Under the pieces are notes generated by a model. The model did not search any database and was not told the DNA's origin. It worked only from the letters and a program-made list of their open reading frames with translations. A program made the position numbers and the translations under genes. Positions 38,604-48,842 of a DNA stretch of 64,000 nucleotides are shown in pieces. This DNA is from an uncultured Synergistaceae bacterium (lineage in GTDB: Bacteria; Synergistota; Synergistia; Synergistales; Aminobacteriaceae), in the NCBI GenBank assembly GCA_964439735.1, contig CAYTQC010000001.1, forward strand, positions 3,718 through 67,717, given 5' to 3'. The stretch's first letter is position 1; each line of letters opens with the position of its first letter.

Positions 38604-39269
38604 TCACATCGAGACCACGTATATGGGAAAACCGGATTTTTTCAGTCTTTCTGAGAGTTCGTTGGCGTCCCTTCGTTCATTGCCCGCGGGAACGACGACC
38701 CTGTAGTAGGTCTTTCCCTTTACGACCGCCGTCCGGATCACCGGTGAATATCCCGCCTTGATTGCTTCCTGCCTGGCCGTTTCAGCACGGCTGTTCGTCG
38801 TGAAGGCACCTATCTGCACCCCCCACTTGCTGCTGCTTGTCGGAGGGGCTGGTTTCTGAGGTGCGGCAGGCTCCGGTTTCCTGGCCGGCTCCGGCTGTTT
38901 AACAGGTCTTGCCGTTGTGTTTTCATTTGTCTGAGTCCTGGCCGGCGATGTTGCCGACGGTGCGGCAGCCTGTCCGCCGACCGGTGCGGCAAGAACGGGT
39001 TCTTTTTCCGGAGCAGCCTGATGCGCCGGTCTTGAGGCCACTTGTTCTGTGGGAACCGCCTCCGCTTTAGGGGGCACTTCCTGGCGGGCCGCCGGAGGCT
39101 GCTGCGAAACAGGCGAATACGAAGGCGCTTTCGGCCCTGAAAGAAAAAACAGTTTCACTCCTACGATAAGGAGGCCGACCGCCACAAGGCCGATTACAGG
39201 GAGCATTATATCCCCGAAAGGAATGATGGATCTCTTTTCCTTGAGCCTTCTGCTCTCTCTTGTGGACAT
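38604..39269 (-). CDS. SPOR-domain membrane protein (bitopic, Pro/Ala-rich linker)
   Basis: Basic N-terminus, one TM, low-complexity linker, C-terminal WGVQIGAF...YYRVVV SPOR motif. Confidence 0.85.
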   Translation of the reverse strand: MSTRESRRLKEKRSIIPFGDIMLPVIGLVAVGLLIVGVKLFFLSGPKAPSYSPVSQQPPAARQEVPPKAEAVPTEQVASRPAHQAAPEKEPVLAAPVGGQAAAPSATSPARTQTNENTTARPVKQPEPARKPEPAAPQKPAPPTSSSKWGVQIGAFTTNSRAETARQEAIKAGYSPVIRTAVVKGKTYYRVVVPAGNERRDANELSERLKKSGFPIYVVSM

Positions 39270-39349
39270 TTCAATCCCTCCCCTGTCCATTTCCTGATGC
39301 TGAGTTCAAACGTGCGAAAAATATTCCGGATCATAGCTTCCTGTCAGAC

Positions 39350-39384
39350 AAAAAGGCAGGAATCCTTTGCAAGACTCCTGCCTT
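39350..39384 (-). terminator. Intrinsic terminator after ftsZ
   Basis: Minus strand AAGGCAGGAGTCTT-GCA-AAGGATTCCTGCC then TTTTT. Confidence 0.8.
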
Positions 39385-39456
39385 CAGCACACTGATCCTG
39401 ATCGGGGCAGCCCGCTGCCCCAGGAATCTGTTACAAGGATATCTTCCTCAAAAGCG

Positions 39457-40605
39457 CTACTTGTCGTTTTTCTGGCTCTTGCGGAGGATCGACGGTATAT
39501 CGTACGGGTTCTTGGGAACACCGCTCATTGTAAAAAGGTCCTCGTCCTGGGCAGTAAGCATTTCCGTCTCCTCCAGTACGACTCCCATGGGCTTCGCTTT
39601 CGGGGCAGCCTTGAAATTGGTTACTGTACGCTTCTCCTTTTCAGAGGAAAAGCCCGTGGCGATAACCGTGATCTGGATCTTGTCCGACATCTCCTCCGAG
39701 ACAGTATGGCCCCAGATGACTATGGCGTCTTCATCCGCTGTTTCAGTTATGATCTGGGCTGCCTTCCTAATCTCATGGATGCCGAGATCGGTCCCGCCGG
39801 TAATATTGAAGAGAATGCCTTTTGCGCCCTTCATGGGTATGGACATGAGGGGCGACTTGATTGCCGTCTTTGCAGCAGCTTCCGCCCTGTTCTCCCCTTC
39901 TCCGACGCCGATTCCCATAATGGCGGAACCTGCGTTCTGCATCACGGTCCGCACGTCTGCAAAGTCTACGTTGATGAGGCTCGGTTTCAGTATAAGGTCG
40001 GTAACCCCCTGGACTGCCTGGCGGAGCACCTCGTCCGCAAGCCGGTAGGCATCAGCGTGTTTTGTTTTTTCATCGGTCAGTTCCAGCAGCCGGTCATTTT
40101 CCACTACGAGAAGTGCGTCCACCTTCTCCTTGAGGGTGGCGATCCCTGTCATTGCCTGCTTTCTCCTCCTGTTCATCTCGAAGGAGAAGGGAAAGGTCAC
40201 TACCGCCACCACAAGGGCGCCGGATTCCTTGGCGACTTCAGCAATTATGGGGGATGCCCCGGTCCCGGTTCCTCCGCCCATTCCGGCCGTCAGAAACACC
40301 ATATCTGCCCCCGCTACCACTTCCCGGATCTTGTCGACCGATTCCTTCGCGCTGTTCATCCCTACCTCAGGGTCCGAACCAGCGCCAAGACCTTTCGTTA
40401 GTTTCTCGCCGAGGGTTACCTTCGTCGGAGCCTGTGACAGCTGCAGAGCACCCACGTCTGTATTCGCCGCGATAAAATGAACGCCGGAAACTCCGCTTCT
40501 GATGATGTGGTTCAGGGCGTTTCCGCCTCCGCCTCCAATGCCGATAACCTTGATTTCCTCCCGGTGGGGCCTCGGAGTGTCATTAACCTGAAATACGTGC
40601 TCCAT
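39457..40605 (-). CDS. ftsZ: Cell division protein FtsZ
   Basis: IKVIGIGGGGGNA, GMGGGTGTG, NVDFADV, C-terminal DIPSILRK. Confidence 0.97.
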   Translation of the reverse strand: MEHVFQVNDTPRPHREEIKVIGIGGGGGNALNHIIRSGVSGVHFIAANTDVGALQLSQAPTKVTLGEKLTKGLGAGSDPEVGMNSAKESVDKIREVVAGADMVFLTAGMGGGTGTGASPIIAEVAKESGALVVAVVTFPFSFEMNRRRKQAMTGIATLKEKVDALLVVENDRLLELTDEKTKHADAYRLADEVLRQAVQGVTDLILKPSLINVDFADVRTVMQNAGSAIMGIGVGEGENRAEAAAKTAIKSPLMSIPMKGAKGILFNITGGTDLGIHEIRKAAQIITETADEDAIVIWGHTVSEEMSDKIQITVIATGFSSEKEKRTVTNFKAAPKAKPMGVVLEETEMLTAQDEDLFTMSGVPKNPYDIPSILRKSQKNDK

Positions 40606-40638
40606 ATTCATTTCCTCCCCAAATGCGGAATGCGGCAC

Positions 40639-41952
40639 CTAGAAAAGCTCCTTTACTGATTTTTTTATATACTCTACAACCCCACGAAACCCTTCCCTTG
40701 AGAGATTTGCCGGCTTTCGGGCATTCTTGCCGGGCGGAGGCTGTAAAGGGCCGAATGATGATCCGGACCGAAGCTGCGAGATCGGTGTCTCGATAAACCG
40801 GTACGGATTTCTCTCCTTGCTTGTCATGTATCGGACAATTCCTGCAACAGTCGTATATTCGCAGTCGTTCCTGCCAGGAGGCATCTGGTACATGTCAAGG
40901 GGCTCAGCGATCCTGACGGGCAGGTTCATAAGTTCCGAGGCGAAAAATTCGATCCCCGGGGTTTTTGCCACACCGCCTGATAAAACAACACCTGCCGGGA
41001 ACATATGAAGCGTATAGTCCGAAAGCTGGTGGATCACATGTTCTCCAAAAAGTTCTTCAAGCCTGCAGTTGACAACTTCTGAGGCTTCACGGATATTGAA
41101 TGTCTTCGTCTTTCCCCGTACATTCACGTCAAGCTCCTCTTCATCTCCTTCAGGAGCGAGCGAAACCATTTTTTTGATTTCTTCAGCCTTGCTGATGGGA
41201 ATTTTCATGACGTAGGCAAGATCATTGGTGATGTGATCCCCGCCTATGGGGATTATGGACAGCTTAACAGGCCTTCCGTCGGTATACAGTGCCACGCCGG
41301 TTGTTCCTCCTCCGATGCAGAGAGAGATCACACCCGCGCGGGTTTCCTCGTCAGTGAGGGCCCCAAGTGCGCTTGCAAGGGACTTGATGACAAGACCGTT
41401 AACCTCGACGCCTGCGGTCTCAACACAGTTGATGATATTCTGGACCACCGTCGTCGGTATGATTACCGACTGGAGTTCCATTTCAAGACGTATGCCGGTC
41501 ATTCCAAGAGGGTCATCAATTCCGGAGTTTCCGTCGATGGAATACTTCACAGGGATAGTGTGTAGGGTCACCCGGTTCGAAGGAATGGAAAGTTCACTTT
41601 GAGCGGCCTCGATAACCCGCTCCACATCGGAGATGGAGACCTGCCTTGGTGTCCTGCCGAGAGAAATCATGCCCCGGGACGTGACCGACGCGACATCAAT
41701 GCCGCTGAAGGATACAGTAGCCTCGGATATCTCAAACCCAACCATGTTTTCTGCGTCCTTTACGGCATGTCTCACTGAACGGACAGCCTGTTCAAGGTTT
41801 ATGATCAGGCCTTTTCGTATTCCCTGAGACGGAGCGTACCCGACCCCGATAATTTGAGCTTCCTGGAAACGGGAATCCCTTTCCGCCACGACAACGGCGA
41901 TTTTGCTCGTACCAAGGTCCAGCCCGACTAGTATTTCCGGCTCTTTGTACAC
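40639..41952 (-). CDS. ftsA: Cell division protein FtsA
   Basis: GLDLGTSK, CIGGGTT, IGGDHITNDL, LSGGVAK. Confidence 0.96.
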   Translation of the reverse strand: MYKEPEILVGLDLGTSKIAVVVAERDSRFQEAQIIGVGYAPSQGIRKGLIINLEQAVRSVRHAVKDAENMVGFEISEATVSFSGIDVASVTSRGMISLGRTPRQVSISDVERVIEAAQSELSIPSNRVTLHTIPVKYSIDGNSGIDDPLGMTGIRLEMELQSVIIPTTVVQNIINCVETAGVEVNGLVIKSLASALGALTDEETRAGVISLCIGGGTTGVALYTDGRPVKLSIIPIGGDHITNDLAYVMKIPISKAEEIKKMVSLAPEGDEEELDVNVRGKTKTFNIREASEVVNCRLEELFGEHVIHQLSDYTLHMFPAGVVLSGGVAKTPGIEFFASELMNLPVRIAEPLDMYQMPPGRNDCEYTTVAGIVRYMTSKERNPYRFIETPISQLRSGSSFGPLQPPPGKNARKPANLSREGFRGVVEYIKKSVKELF

Positions 41953-42777
41953 TTATTTCCCGCTCCCTTCCTGACCGCCGCCTTCCACATTACGGACAAT
42001 TATTCTGTCGGTGTATGTGGTATCTATTATAATGTTTTCACCAGAAAATTGTAACTGATGAAGAATTTGGGAGACGGCGGAAGAAAGATCTTTCCACCGC
42101 GGCACATCTCCCCTGAGAAGAATGCGTACGGTCCTGCTGCGAATTTTCAGATTCAAGCTGAGAAGATACCGCCCTTCCCTTCTTGAGACCTCCACGGTTT
42201 CAGTATGAGGCATCCAGCCGCTTGTTTCAAGTCCCTCCACCCAATCGGCAAAAAAATCCACGGGAAGAACCGATTTCATTACGAGATTTTCCCCTTCCGG
42301 ATCCTGCGACGGCGAAGGAAGGTCATCAGCAAGGAAAAAAGGAGGCCCCTCAGGATCTTTTATTCCCGAGAGAGATTTGTTCAGAATGTGTCCCGCATCC
42401 CAGATAAGGCCGTCTTTTGTAAGGTAAAAATTTTTGTCTTTCCAGTGCACAAGGATCCAGGGCTGCAGCGGCAAAAGTTCGGCATAAAAGCGAAATATCC
42501 CGCTCCCTGTGAGCTTCAGGGACAGCGGCGACTCAGTCTCTATCTTTTTTTTAAGTTCATCGGTTCGCCACAAAAAAAGGGGCCAGAAACGCAGCTCATC
42601 CGGACTGATATTCTTCCAGAAAAACGATTCAGCCACCGGATCTTCTGCCCTTATAACAAGGCCGTGGAGGCTGAAAAACTGGAAATACCCCTCGGTTGAT
42701 ACTGCCGCACCCGCAAAAAAAGCCGTTAACAACAGGAAAAAAAGAAATTTTCCCATAAAATTACTTTCTGCAGACAA
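41953..42777 (-). CDS. ftsQ: Probable divergent FtsQ/DivIB
   Basis: Position immediately before ftsA, single N-terminal TM, similar size; little motif support; start 42777 (TTG) or 42756 (ATG). Confidence 0.6.
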   Translation of the reverse strand: MSAESNFMGKFLFFLLLTAFFAGAAVSTEGYFQFFSLHGLVIRAEDPVAESFFWKNISPDELRFWPLFLWRTDELKKKIETESPLSLKLTGSGIFRFYAELLPLQPWILVHWKDKNFYLTKDGLIWDAGHILNKSLSGIKDPEGPPFFLADDLPSPSQDPEGENLVMKSVLPVDFFADWVEGLETSGWMPHTETVEVSRREGRYLLSLNLKIRSRTVRILLRGDVPRWKDLSSAVSQILHQLQFSGENIIIDTTYTDRIIVRNVEGGGQEGSGK

Positions 42778-42845
42778 ATGGAGAGGACATGCTTACCGTC
42801 CGTCCGGGGAAAGAAAATGCACCGGATGGATCCTCTCAGCATCGG

Positions 42846-44267
42846 TCAGACATGCACAGCCTCCGAACGAATTTTTTCAATGAACAACTCTCCTACGTTG
42901 CTGATATCCCCCGCCCCGATGGTGAGGATCAGGTCACCGGGTTCAGACCTCCGCTCCAGTTCGGAAGCGGCTTCCTCAAAAGAGGAACAGAGCACGCTTT
43001 CCACACCCGACTGTTTCTCGAGGTGATCCTCTATAAGGGCTGAGGATACTCCCGCAATCGGCTCTTCATCAGCCTGGTATACCGGGAGAAGAACCACTGT
43101 GTCAGCAGCGGAAAGAACGGAAGCAAACTCCCTGTACAGGGCCTGTGTCCGCGTATACCGGTGAGGCTGGAAAGCGACGTGGATCCTCTTCTCGGGGAAC
43201 ATTCTGCTCACAGCACCAAGTGTCGCCGCGATCTCTCTCGGGTGATGTCCGTAATCATCGTACACTTCGATGCCGTTGACGCATCCCATGTGCTGCAGGC
43301 GTCTTTTTGCACCCTTGAATTCCCTGAGCGTCTTCTTGATCATCGGGAAGGGGATTCCGATGTATTGGGCTACCGCACAGGCGGCAAGGGCGTTGAGAAC
43401 GTTGTGGTCCCCGGATACCGAGAGCTCGATATCATCTACGTGGGCACCTTCATGGGCGAGTGAGAAAAACACTCCCCCGCCGTGAATGTGCCGTACGTTG
43501 AAGGCGCCCCATGTCCAGCCGGCTCCCCAACCGTAGGTGATCGTCTTTTTGGGAAGGGGACCCTTTGCCATTATTTTCCCAAGCCCTGTATCTTCAGCGC
43601 ATAAAACCAGCAGGCCGCCGTCTTTCGGGTTTGATGTAAATCGGGTAAAAGCATCGAGCACACTGTCAAAGGTAGGATAATGATTAACGTGATCCCAGTC
43701 CGCATTCGTCACAACGGCAATATCGGGATGGAACTTTTCAAAGGAACCGTCGCTTTCATCGAGCTCGGCCACCATATATTTTCCGTCGCCAAGCTTGGCG
43801 TTGACACCTATATCACACAGTTCCCCGCCTATGGCGAGCGTCGGGTGAAGTCCGGCCTGTTCAAGTATAAGCGCGATCATGGAGGATGTTGTCGTTTTTC
43901 CGTGCGTTCCGGCAATCCCTATGCCGAACCTTGAATCGAAGATCCAGCTCAGCACTTCGCCTCTTTTCGCAACGGCAATTCCCTTTTCCCGCGCGGCTCT
44001 TATCTCCTCGTTGTCATCGGGAATAGCGCTGCTGTACACCAGCAGGTCCGGAAGAAACTTGTCCATGTGTCCGCGTCCGTGTCCCAATACTACAGCTATC
44101 TCTTCCTTGAGAACCTTATCTACATAGGAGGTATGGATCATATCGCATCCGCTGACTTCAAAGCCCAACTCCGCCAGGAGGAGGGCAAGCCCGCTCATCC
44201 CCGCTCCGCCTATGCCCATGAGATGGATCCGACGTATTCCCTTTACGCCCTTAATGAAGTTATCCAC
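42846..44267 (-). CDS. murC: UDP-N-acetylmuramate--L-alanine ligase
   Basis: HLMGIGGAGMSGLA, AGTHGKTTT, ELDESD, DDYGHHPREI, FQPHRY. Confidence 0.96.
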   Translation of the reverse strand: MDNFIKGVKGIRRIHLMGIGGAGMSGLALLLAELGFEVSGCDMIHTSYVDKVLKEEIAVVLGHGRGHMDKFLPDLLVYSSAIPDDNEEIRAAREKGIAVAKRGEVLSWIFDSRFGIGIAGTHGKTTTSSMIALILEQAGLHPTLAIGGELCDIGVNAKLGDGKYMVAELDESDGSFEKFHPDIAVVTNADWDHVNHYPTFDSVLDAFTRFTSNPKDGGLLVLCAEDTGLGKIMAKGPLPKKTITYGWGAGWTWGAFNVRHIHGGGVFFSLAHEGAHVDDIELSVSGDHNVLNALAACAVAQYIGIPFPMIKKTLREFKGAKRRLQHMGCVNGIEVYDDYGHHPREIAATLGAVSRMFPEKRIHVAFQPHRYTRTQALYREFASVLSAADTVVLLPVYQADEEPIAGVSSALIEDHLEKQSGVESVLCSSFEEAASELERRSEPGDLILTIGAGDISNVGELFIEKIRSEAVHV

Positions 44268-45354
44268 GATAATTTATCTCCCTTCCAGTACTGGACGAGA
44301 TAAGCCGCCACAAACGCTCAGACTCATCCCCCTCCGAAAATATCTTCTCACGCTCATTTATGTTCCGGAGGACACGCAAAATTTTATCCCGCAGGTCATC
44401 AAGCGGGTCATCCTCCCGCCACATTTCTCCTGCGGCCATATTTACGAAACACTCGGCATTCTTTTCCTGGTGATTGTCCGCAGCTTCCCTCCATGGGATG
44501 ATGACTGAAGGTATTTTCCATGCCATGAGCTCGGAAAGGGTGGAAGCCCCTCCCCTCGCTACAGCTGCATCAATAACGGAATAGAAGTCTGACATATCCC
44601 ATTGCCTTCCCAAAAAGACGGCATTTTCAGGATGCTGTGTAAAAAAATCATCACTCATACGCACATTTGGCTCACCAAGCAAAAGATATGTAAGCTTTTG
44701 CGACTCCATATCCTGAACCACACATCCTAATAATTGTATCAGCCGTTCGCTCATAAGGGAACCGCCCAGGACTCCTATAATATTATTTTTCGTGTATGGT
44801 CTGCCTTTTGTCAGTCGATTCCATGCTTCCTCGCGTTTTTTTTGTTCAAAGGATCTCACGGGAATTCCCGTGGGAACAAACCGTCCCGATTGTAACGGAC
44901 GACAGACATTCCATCCCGAGGCAACCGTCTTGCCCAATCTCGAGGCGATACGGGTAATTTTCCCGGCTGCCCCGTTCTGCTCGTGGACCACCGTCGGTAT
45001 TCCTCTTACATGACACGCCATCAGAGGAATAAAGGAAACGTATCCGCCGAAAAGTACGCAGCAATCACATTCCTCCTCTCTGAGGAAATTCCTGAAGAAA
45101 AACCACGATGAAACGGTCTCTTTCCATCTCCTGAGACAGGCGACAAAACCGGGAGCTCCGAACGGTGAGCCGCTCAGGGGCAGACATAGGGGCACAAAGC
45201 CTCTTGAAGCGTACATCTCCTTCTCCATAGGCCTGGAACCGCAGACAAAGGATATGGATACTCCAGGCTCATGGGACAGAATCCATTCCGCGAAAGCAAC
45301 GGCAGGAAAAATATGCCCTCCCGTTCCTCCGGCTGCAATACATAAACGGGTCAC
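44260..45354 (-). CDS. murG: Glycosyltransferase MurG
   Basis: AAGGTGGHIFPA, GGYVS, HEQN, GGSL, RGGASTLSE, HQEKNA. Confidence 0.93.
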   Translation of the reverse strand: MTRLCIAAGGTGGHIFPAVAFAEWILSHEPGVSISFVCGSRPMEKEMYASRGFVPLCLPLSGSPFGAPGFVACLRRWKETVSSWFFFRNFLREEECDCCVLFGGYVSFIPLMACHVRGIPTVVHEQNGAAGKITRIASRLGKTVASGWNVCRPLQSGRFVPTGIPVRSFEQKKREEAWNRLTKGRPYTKNNIIGVLGGSLMSERLIQLLGCVVQDMESQKLTYLLLGEPNVRMSDDFFTQHPENAVFLGRQWDMSDFYSVIDAAVARGGASTLSELMAWKIPSVIIPWREAADNHQEKNAECFVNMAAGEMWREDDPLDDLRDKILRVLRNINEREKIFSEGDESERLWRLISSSTGREINYRG

Positions 45355-46475
45355 TGCAGGCTCACCTCCCTGCAGACTCTCATGAGCAGGCCGATCTTGG
45401 CCCACATAAACAGGAGGGAACTGCCCCCGTAACTGATAAACGGGAGAGGAATCCCCGTTAGAGGCATAAGCTTTAGCACACCGCCGAGATTAATGAACAT
45501 GGGTATGAGAACAGAAATGGAGACTGCCCACACAAGGGTCGAAAGAAACGGATCGGAAGCGTCCTTATATGCCGCACATGCCCGTACCGTCCATAGCAGG
45601 AAGAAAAATAAAACCGCGAATGTCCCGATGAATCCAAATTCTTCCCCGATGGTCGCAAAAATGTAATCCGTATGGGCTGCCGGAAGATAATTCAGTTTCT
45701 GGAGCCCCTTGCCGATTCCTACCCCGAAAAGCCCCCCGTTGGAAAAAGCCACCAGGCCCTGGATAACCTGGAAACCGCTGTCCAGTGGCTGTTCCCATGG
45801 ATCAAGAAATGCGATATACCTCCTGAGCCGGTATCCTTCCTTCAGAATAAGCATGAAGAAAACCGAGAAACCCGTACCGCCGAAAAGAATGGGCCATCCC
45901 CACCCTCTGCATTTGACATGGATTGCCATAACAAGTCCGAAAATGAGTATCGTCCCTCCCATGTTCGGCTGGAAAAGAAGCGGAAGCACCGAAATAAAAA
46001 GGACCGGAGACGTCACGGTGAAAAAGGCTGAAAGGCCTCTTTTTTCCGACGTGTTCAGAAGCCTCGAAAGATGAACTGCTACGGCCAGAGAGAGCATCTC
46101 TATAGGCTGAAAGCGAAGACCTCCGAACCCGAGCCACCGTCGCGCCCCGCCCGCTTTTATCCCGATTCCGGGTATAAGGGTGAGAATCAGCAGAACAAGT
46201 GCGAAAAGCCATATGACACCACTGTATTTTTTCCAGAAAGCCAGGGGAATCATATACATGAAAAGCATCCCCCCAAGACCCACAAAAAGCCATTGAAGCT
46301 GCTTCAGCCCGAGGGCGAATGGGGAGCCGTACTCCTCGAGCGACGTATGGGACGTAAGAGAAAAGATCATCATGATCCCGAAAAACGACAGCAAAAGGGG
46401 GATGATCCAAAGAAGCGGATCCACGCCTGTTCTTCTGACCTCATTTTCCCGAATCATTACACCGTCTGATCTCAT
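45351..46475 (-). CDS. ftsW: SEDS protein FtsW
   Basis: Multi-TM; GARRW, FQPIE, QPNMG, GFQVIQ, AHTDYIF, EEFG, SYGGSS. Confidence 0.93.
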   Translation of the reverse strand: MRSDGVMIRENEVRRTGVDPLLWIIPLLLSFFGIMMIFSLTSHTSLEEYGSPFALGLKQLQWLFVGLGGMLFMYMIPLAFWKKYSGVIWLFALVLLILTLIPGIGIKAGGARRWLGFGGLRFQPIEMLSLAVAVHLSRLLNTSEKRGLSAFFTVTSPVLFISVLPLLFQPNMGGTILIFGLVMAIHVKCRGWGWPILFGGTGFSVFFMLILKEGYRLRRYIAFLDPWEQPLDSGFQVIQGLVAFSNGGLFGVGIGKGLQKLNYLPAAHTDYIFATIGEEFGFIGTFAVLFFFLLWTVRACAAYKDASDPFLSTLVWAVSISVLIPMFINLGGVLKLMPLTGIPLPFISYGGSSLLFMWAKIGLLMRVCREVSLQ

Positions 46476-46478
46476 CGT

Positions 46479-47858
46479 CTATCTCTCCATGCCGAGGACA
46501 ATATTTCTGAAATGCTCCCCGCGTTTTTTATAGTTCGGGTACATGTCCCAGCTTGTACAGGCCGGGGAAAGCAGGACGACACCTTTTCCCTGCAGTGCCG
46601 AAGATGCCTTCGCCACAGCATCCTCCATTCCCGAGGCTTCGATAACCTGGTTGAAGCCGGCCTTTTTCAGGGCATCAGAGATCTTCTGCAGCTCCTCCCC
46701 CATCACGACTGCTGCAGAAGCCTCTTTTTTCACCGCTTCGGCAAGGGGTGCGTAATCCTCTCCCTTCCCCTGACCGCCGAGTATAATGACCTTTCGTCCA
46801 GGGATTGAACCAAGCGCCGTCGCCGTTGATGCGACGTTCGTACCTTTTGAATCGTCGATATACAGGATTCCGTGGATTTCTGCCACTTTTTCGCACCTGT
46901 GGGGCAGTCCTCTGAAATCCGTAAAATACCTGTCGTATTCTCCGCCTATCTTGAGAAGCTTCAATACGCCTGCCGCCATTGCTCCGTTTTCTATATTGTG
47001 CTTGCCGATGAGGGGCAGCGAATCAAAATCAAATAACTTCTCACTTCCCGAAGCTGAGATTAAAAAAACAGCTTTTCCGGTTTCATCGGCGATAATTTCC
47101 GTTTCAGAGCTTCCCCCGGCATCGCTGCTCCACCTGAATCCTACTGTCCTTCCCGGACAATTGCCGGTTCCGAGAAGCTCCCTGTCGCGTTCCTGGAATA
47201 CGGCAGCTCCTTCCGGCTTAAGGGTCCACAATATTTTGGCCTTCGACTTCACGTACTCCTCGTAACTCCCGTGCCAGTCAATATGATCCGGGGCCAGGTT
47301 CGTCACGACCGCAACGTCACAGGAAAGGGATGTATTCCAATGGAGCTGGAAACTGCTGAGTTCAATAACGATATAATCCCATGGCCGCAGAGCCGCATCC
47401 GCCAGTGACGACCCGATATTCCCGGAAACAGAGACGGAGTACCCCGCCTTTCCAAGAAGATGGCCGATCAGCGATGTGGTCGTACTCTTGCCATTGCTTC
47501 CCGTTACGCCGATTATTTTTCCCTCGAGATAGGGGGACAAAAAATCCAGTTCCCCGCAGAGAGGAACTCCTTTTTTCAGTGCCTCGAGCACTACCGGCGC
47601 CTTCGGAGGTATGCCGGAACCAAGCACTATAAGGTCCGCTTCAAATGCTTTCCCGGAATGTCCTCCTCCTTCGAAATCGGCTCCGCAGGACTGAAGCACC
47701 CTCCCCGTCTCTCCGTCTATCTCTTTTTTCTCAGAAACGAAAACAGAAGCATTCAGCCTTGCAGCGAGGGAAGCAAGCCCGATTCCGCTGATCCCTGCAC
47801 CTATGACGGTGATTCTTTTTCCCTTCAATGTTTTCCCGGACATTATCTCCATCTCCAC
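46479..47858 (-). CDS. murD: UDP-N-acetylmuramoyl-L-alanine--D-glutamate ligase
   Basis: TGSNGKSTT, ELSSFQL, DHIDWH, DDSKGTN, LSPACTSWD; start may be ATG 47846. Confidence 0.96.
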   Translation of the reverse strand: MEMEIMSGKTLKGKRITVIGAGISGIGLASLAARLNASVFVSEKKEIDGETGRVLQSCGADFEGGGHSGKAFEADLIVLGSGIPPKAPVVLEALKKGVPLCGELDFLSPYLEGKIIGVTGSNGKSTTTSLIGHLLGKAGYSVSVSGNIGSSLADAALRPWDYIVIELSSFQLHWNTSLSCDVAVVTNLAPDHIDWHGSYEEYVKSKAKILWTLKPEGAAVFQERDRELLGTGNCPGRTVGFRWSSDAGGSSETEIIADETGKAVFLISASGSEKLFDFDSLPLIGKHNIENGAMAAGVLKLLKIGGEYDRYFTDFRGLPHRCEKVAEIHGILYIDDSKGTNVASTATALGSIPGRKVIILGGQGKGEDYAPLAEAVKKEASAAVVMGEELQKISDALKKAGFNQVIEASGMEDAVAKASSALQGKGVVLLSPACTSWDMYPNYKKRGEHFRNIVLGMER

Positions 47859-47882
47859 ATCCTGGCATTCTCCGGCTGCGGA

Positions 47883-48842
47883 TCAGCCGCCGAAAACCCC
47901 TGAAAGCAGCGCAGCCGCAACGGTCAACCCCGCACCGTGGATCACGAGAAAGCGGGTCACTATTTGCGTCTCACCCCACCCCAAAAGCTCAAAATGATGA
48001 TGAATGGGGCTCATCAGAAATACTTTCTTTTTAAATCCGTAGATAGCGATCAGCTGTACGGAAACCGACAGGATCTCGATTCCGAAGAGAAAACCAAGGG
48101 GGATTACTGCAGCGAGGCAATCACCGCAGACCGCAAGGCTTACGATCAGGCCGGCAAGGAAGTGAGAACCCACATCCCCCATAAAAATTTTCGCCGGGTG
48201 GGCGTTGTGCCATAGAAACCCTGTATAGATAGAAATGCCGGCAAGCCCCGAATAAAAGAAGGCATCAGCCAAAGGCAGCCAGACAAGAGATCCTGCCATG
48301 GAAATAACCCCTGCACCTGCCGCAAGCCCGTCGAGACCGTCTGTAACGTTTACGGCATTGAGCATGCCGATGGCCAGAAACGCGGTCATGGGAACCGATA
48401 TCCATATCGGGAGGATCATGCCGGGCCACAGGCTTATGCCGCCCTTTGAAAGAGACATCCAAATGCACCACGGTACAGCAAAAAGCACCTGGGCCCCCAA
48501 TTTGTAAAGGCTGGGGAATCCTTCGCTTGATTTCATCCTGAATTTTAACCAGTCATCGATAAAGCCGATCGCAGCAGCACCTGCAGGGAAAAACCAGAAG
48601 GCCGCAAGTTCATCCCACCCTCCGGGGGTAAGGACTCCTATGAGAATAGCGCTGAAAAGGGCCACTGCGGTGAAAACCACGCCCCCCATGGACGGAGTCG
48701 AGGATTTCGTCTCAATGTGGCTTTGCGGCCCATAGGCTTTTTGAATGAGATTCACGCGCCATCTTTTCATGGCGCTTATCCAGCGGGACTGGAGGAACAC
48801 TTCAAAAAACAATGCAGACAGGAATACAATGACAAATTTCAT
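47883..48842 (-). CDS. mraY: Phospho-N-acetylmuramoyl-pentapeptide transferase
   Basis: TPSMGG, GFIDD, NAVNVTDGLDG, FMGDVGS, SPIHHHFE. Confidence 0.96.
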   Translation of the reverse strand: MKFVIVFLSALFFEVFLQSRWISAMKRWRVNLIQKAYGPQSHIETKSSTPSMGGVVFTAVALFSAILIGVLTPGGWDELAAFWFFPAGAAAIGFIDDWLKFRMKSSEGFPSLYKLGAQVLFAVPWCIWMSLSKGGISLWPGMILPIWISVPMTAFLAIGMLNAVNVTDGLDGLAAGAGVISMAGSLVWLPLADAFFYSGLAGISIYTGFLWHNAHPAKIFMGDVGSHFLAGLIVSLAVCGDCLAAVIPLGFLFGIEILSVSVQLIAIYGFKKKVFLMSPIHHHFELLGWGETQIVTRFLVIHGAGLTVAAALLSGVFGG

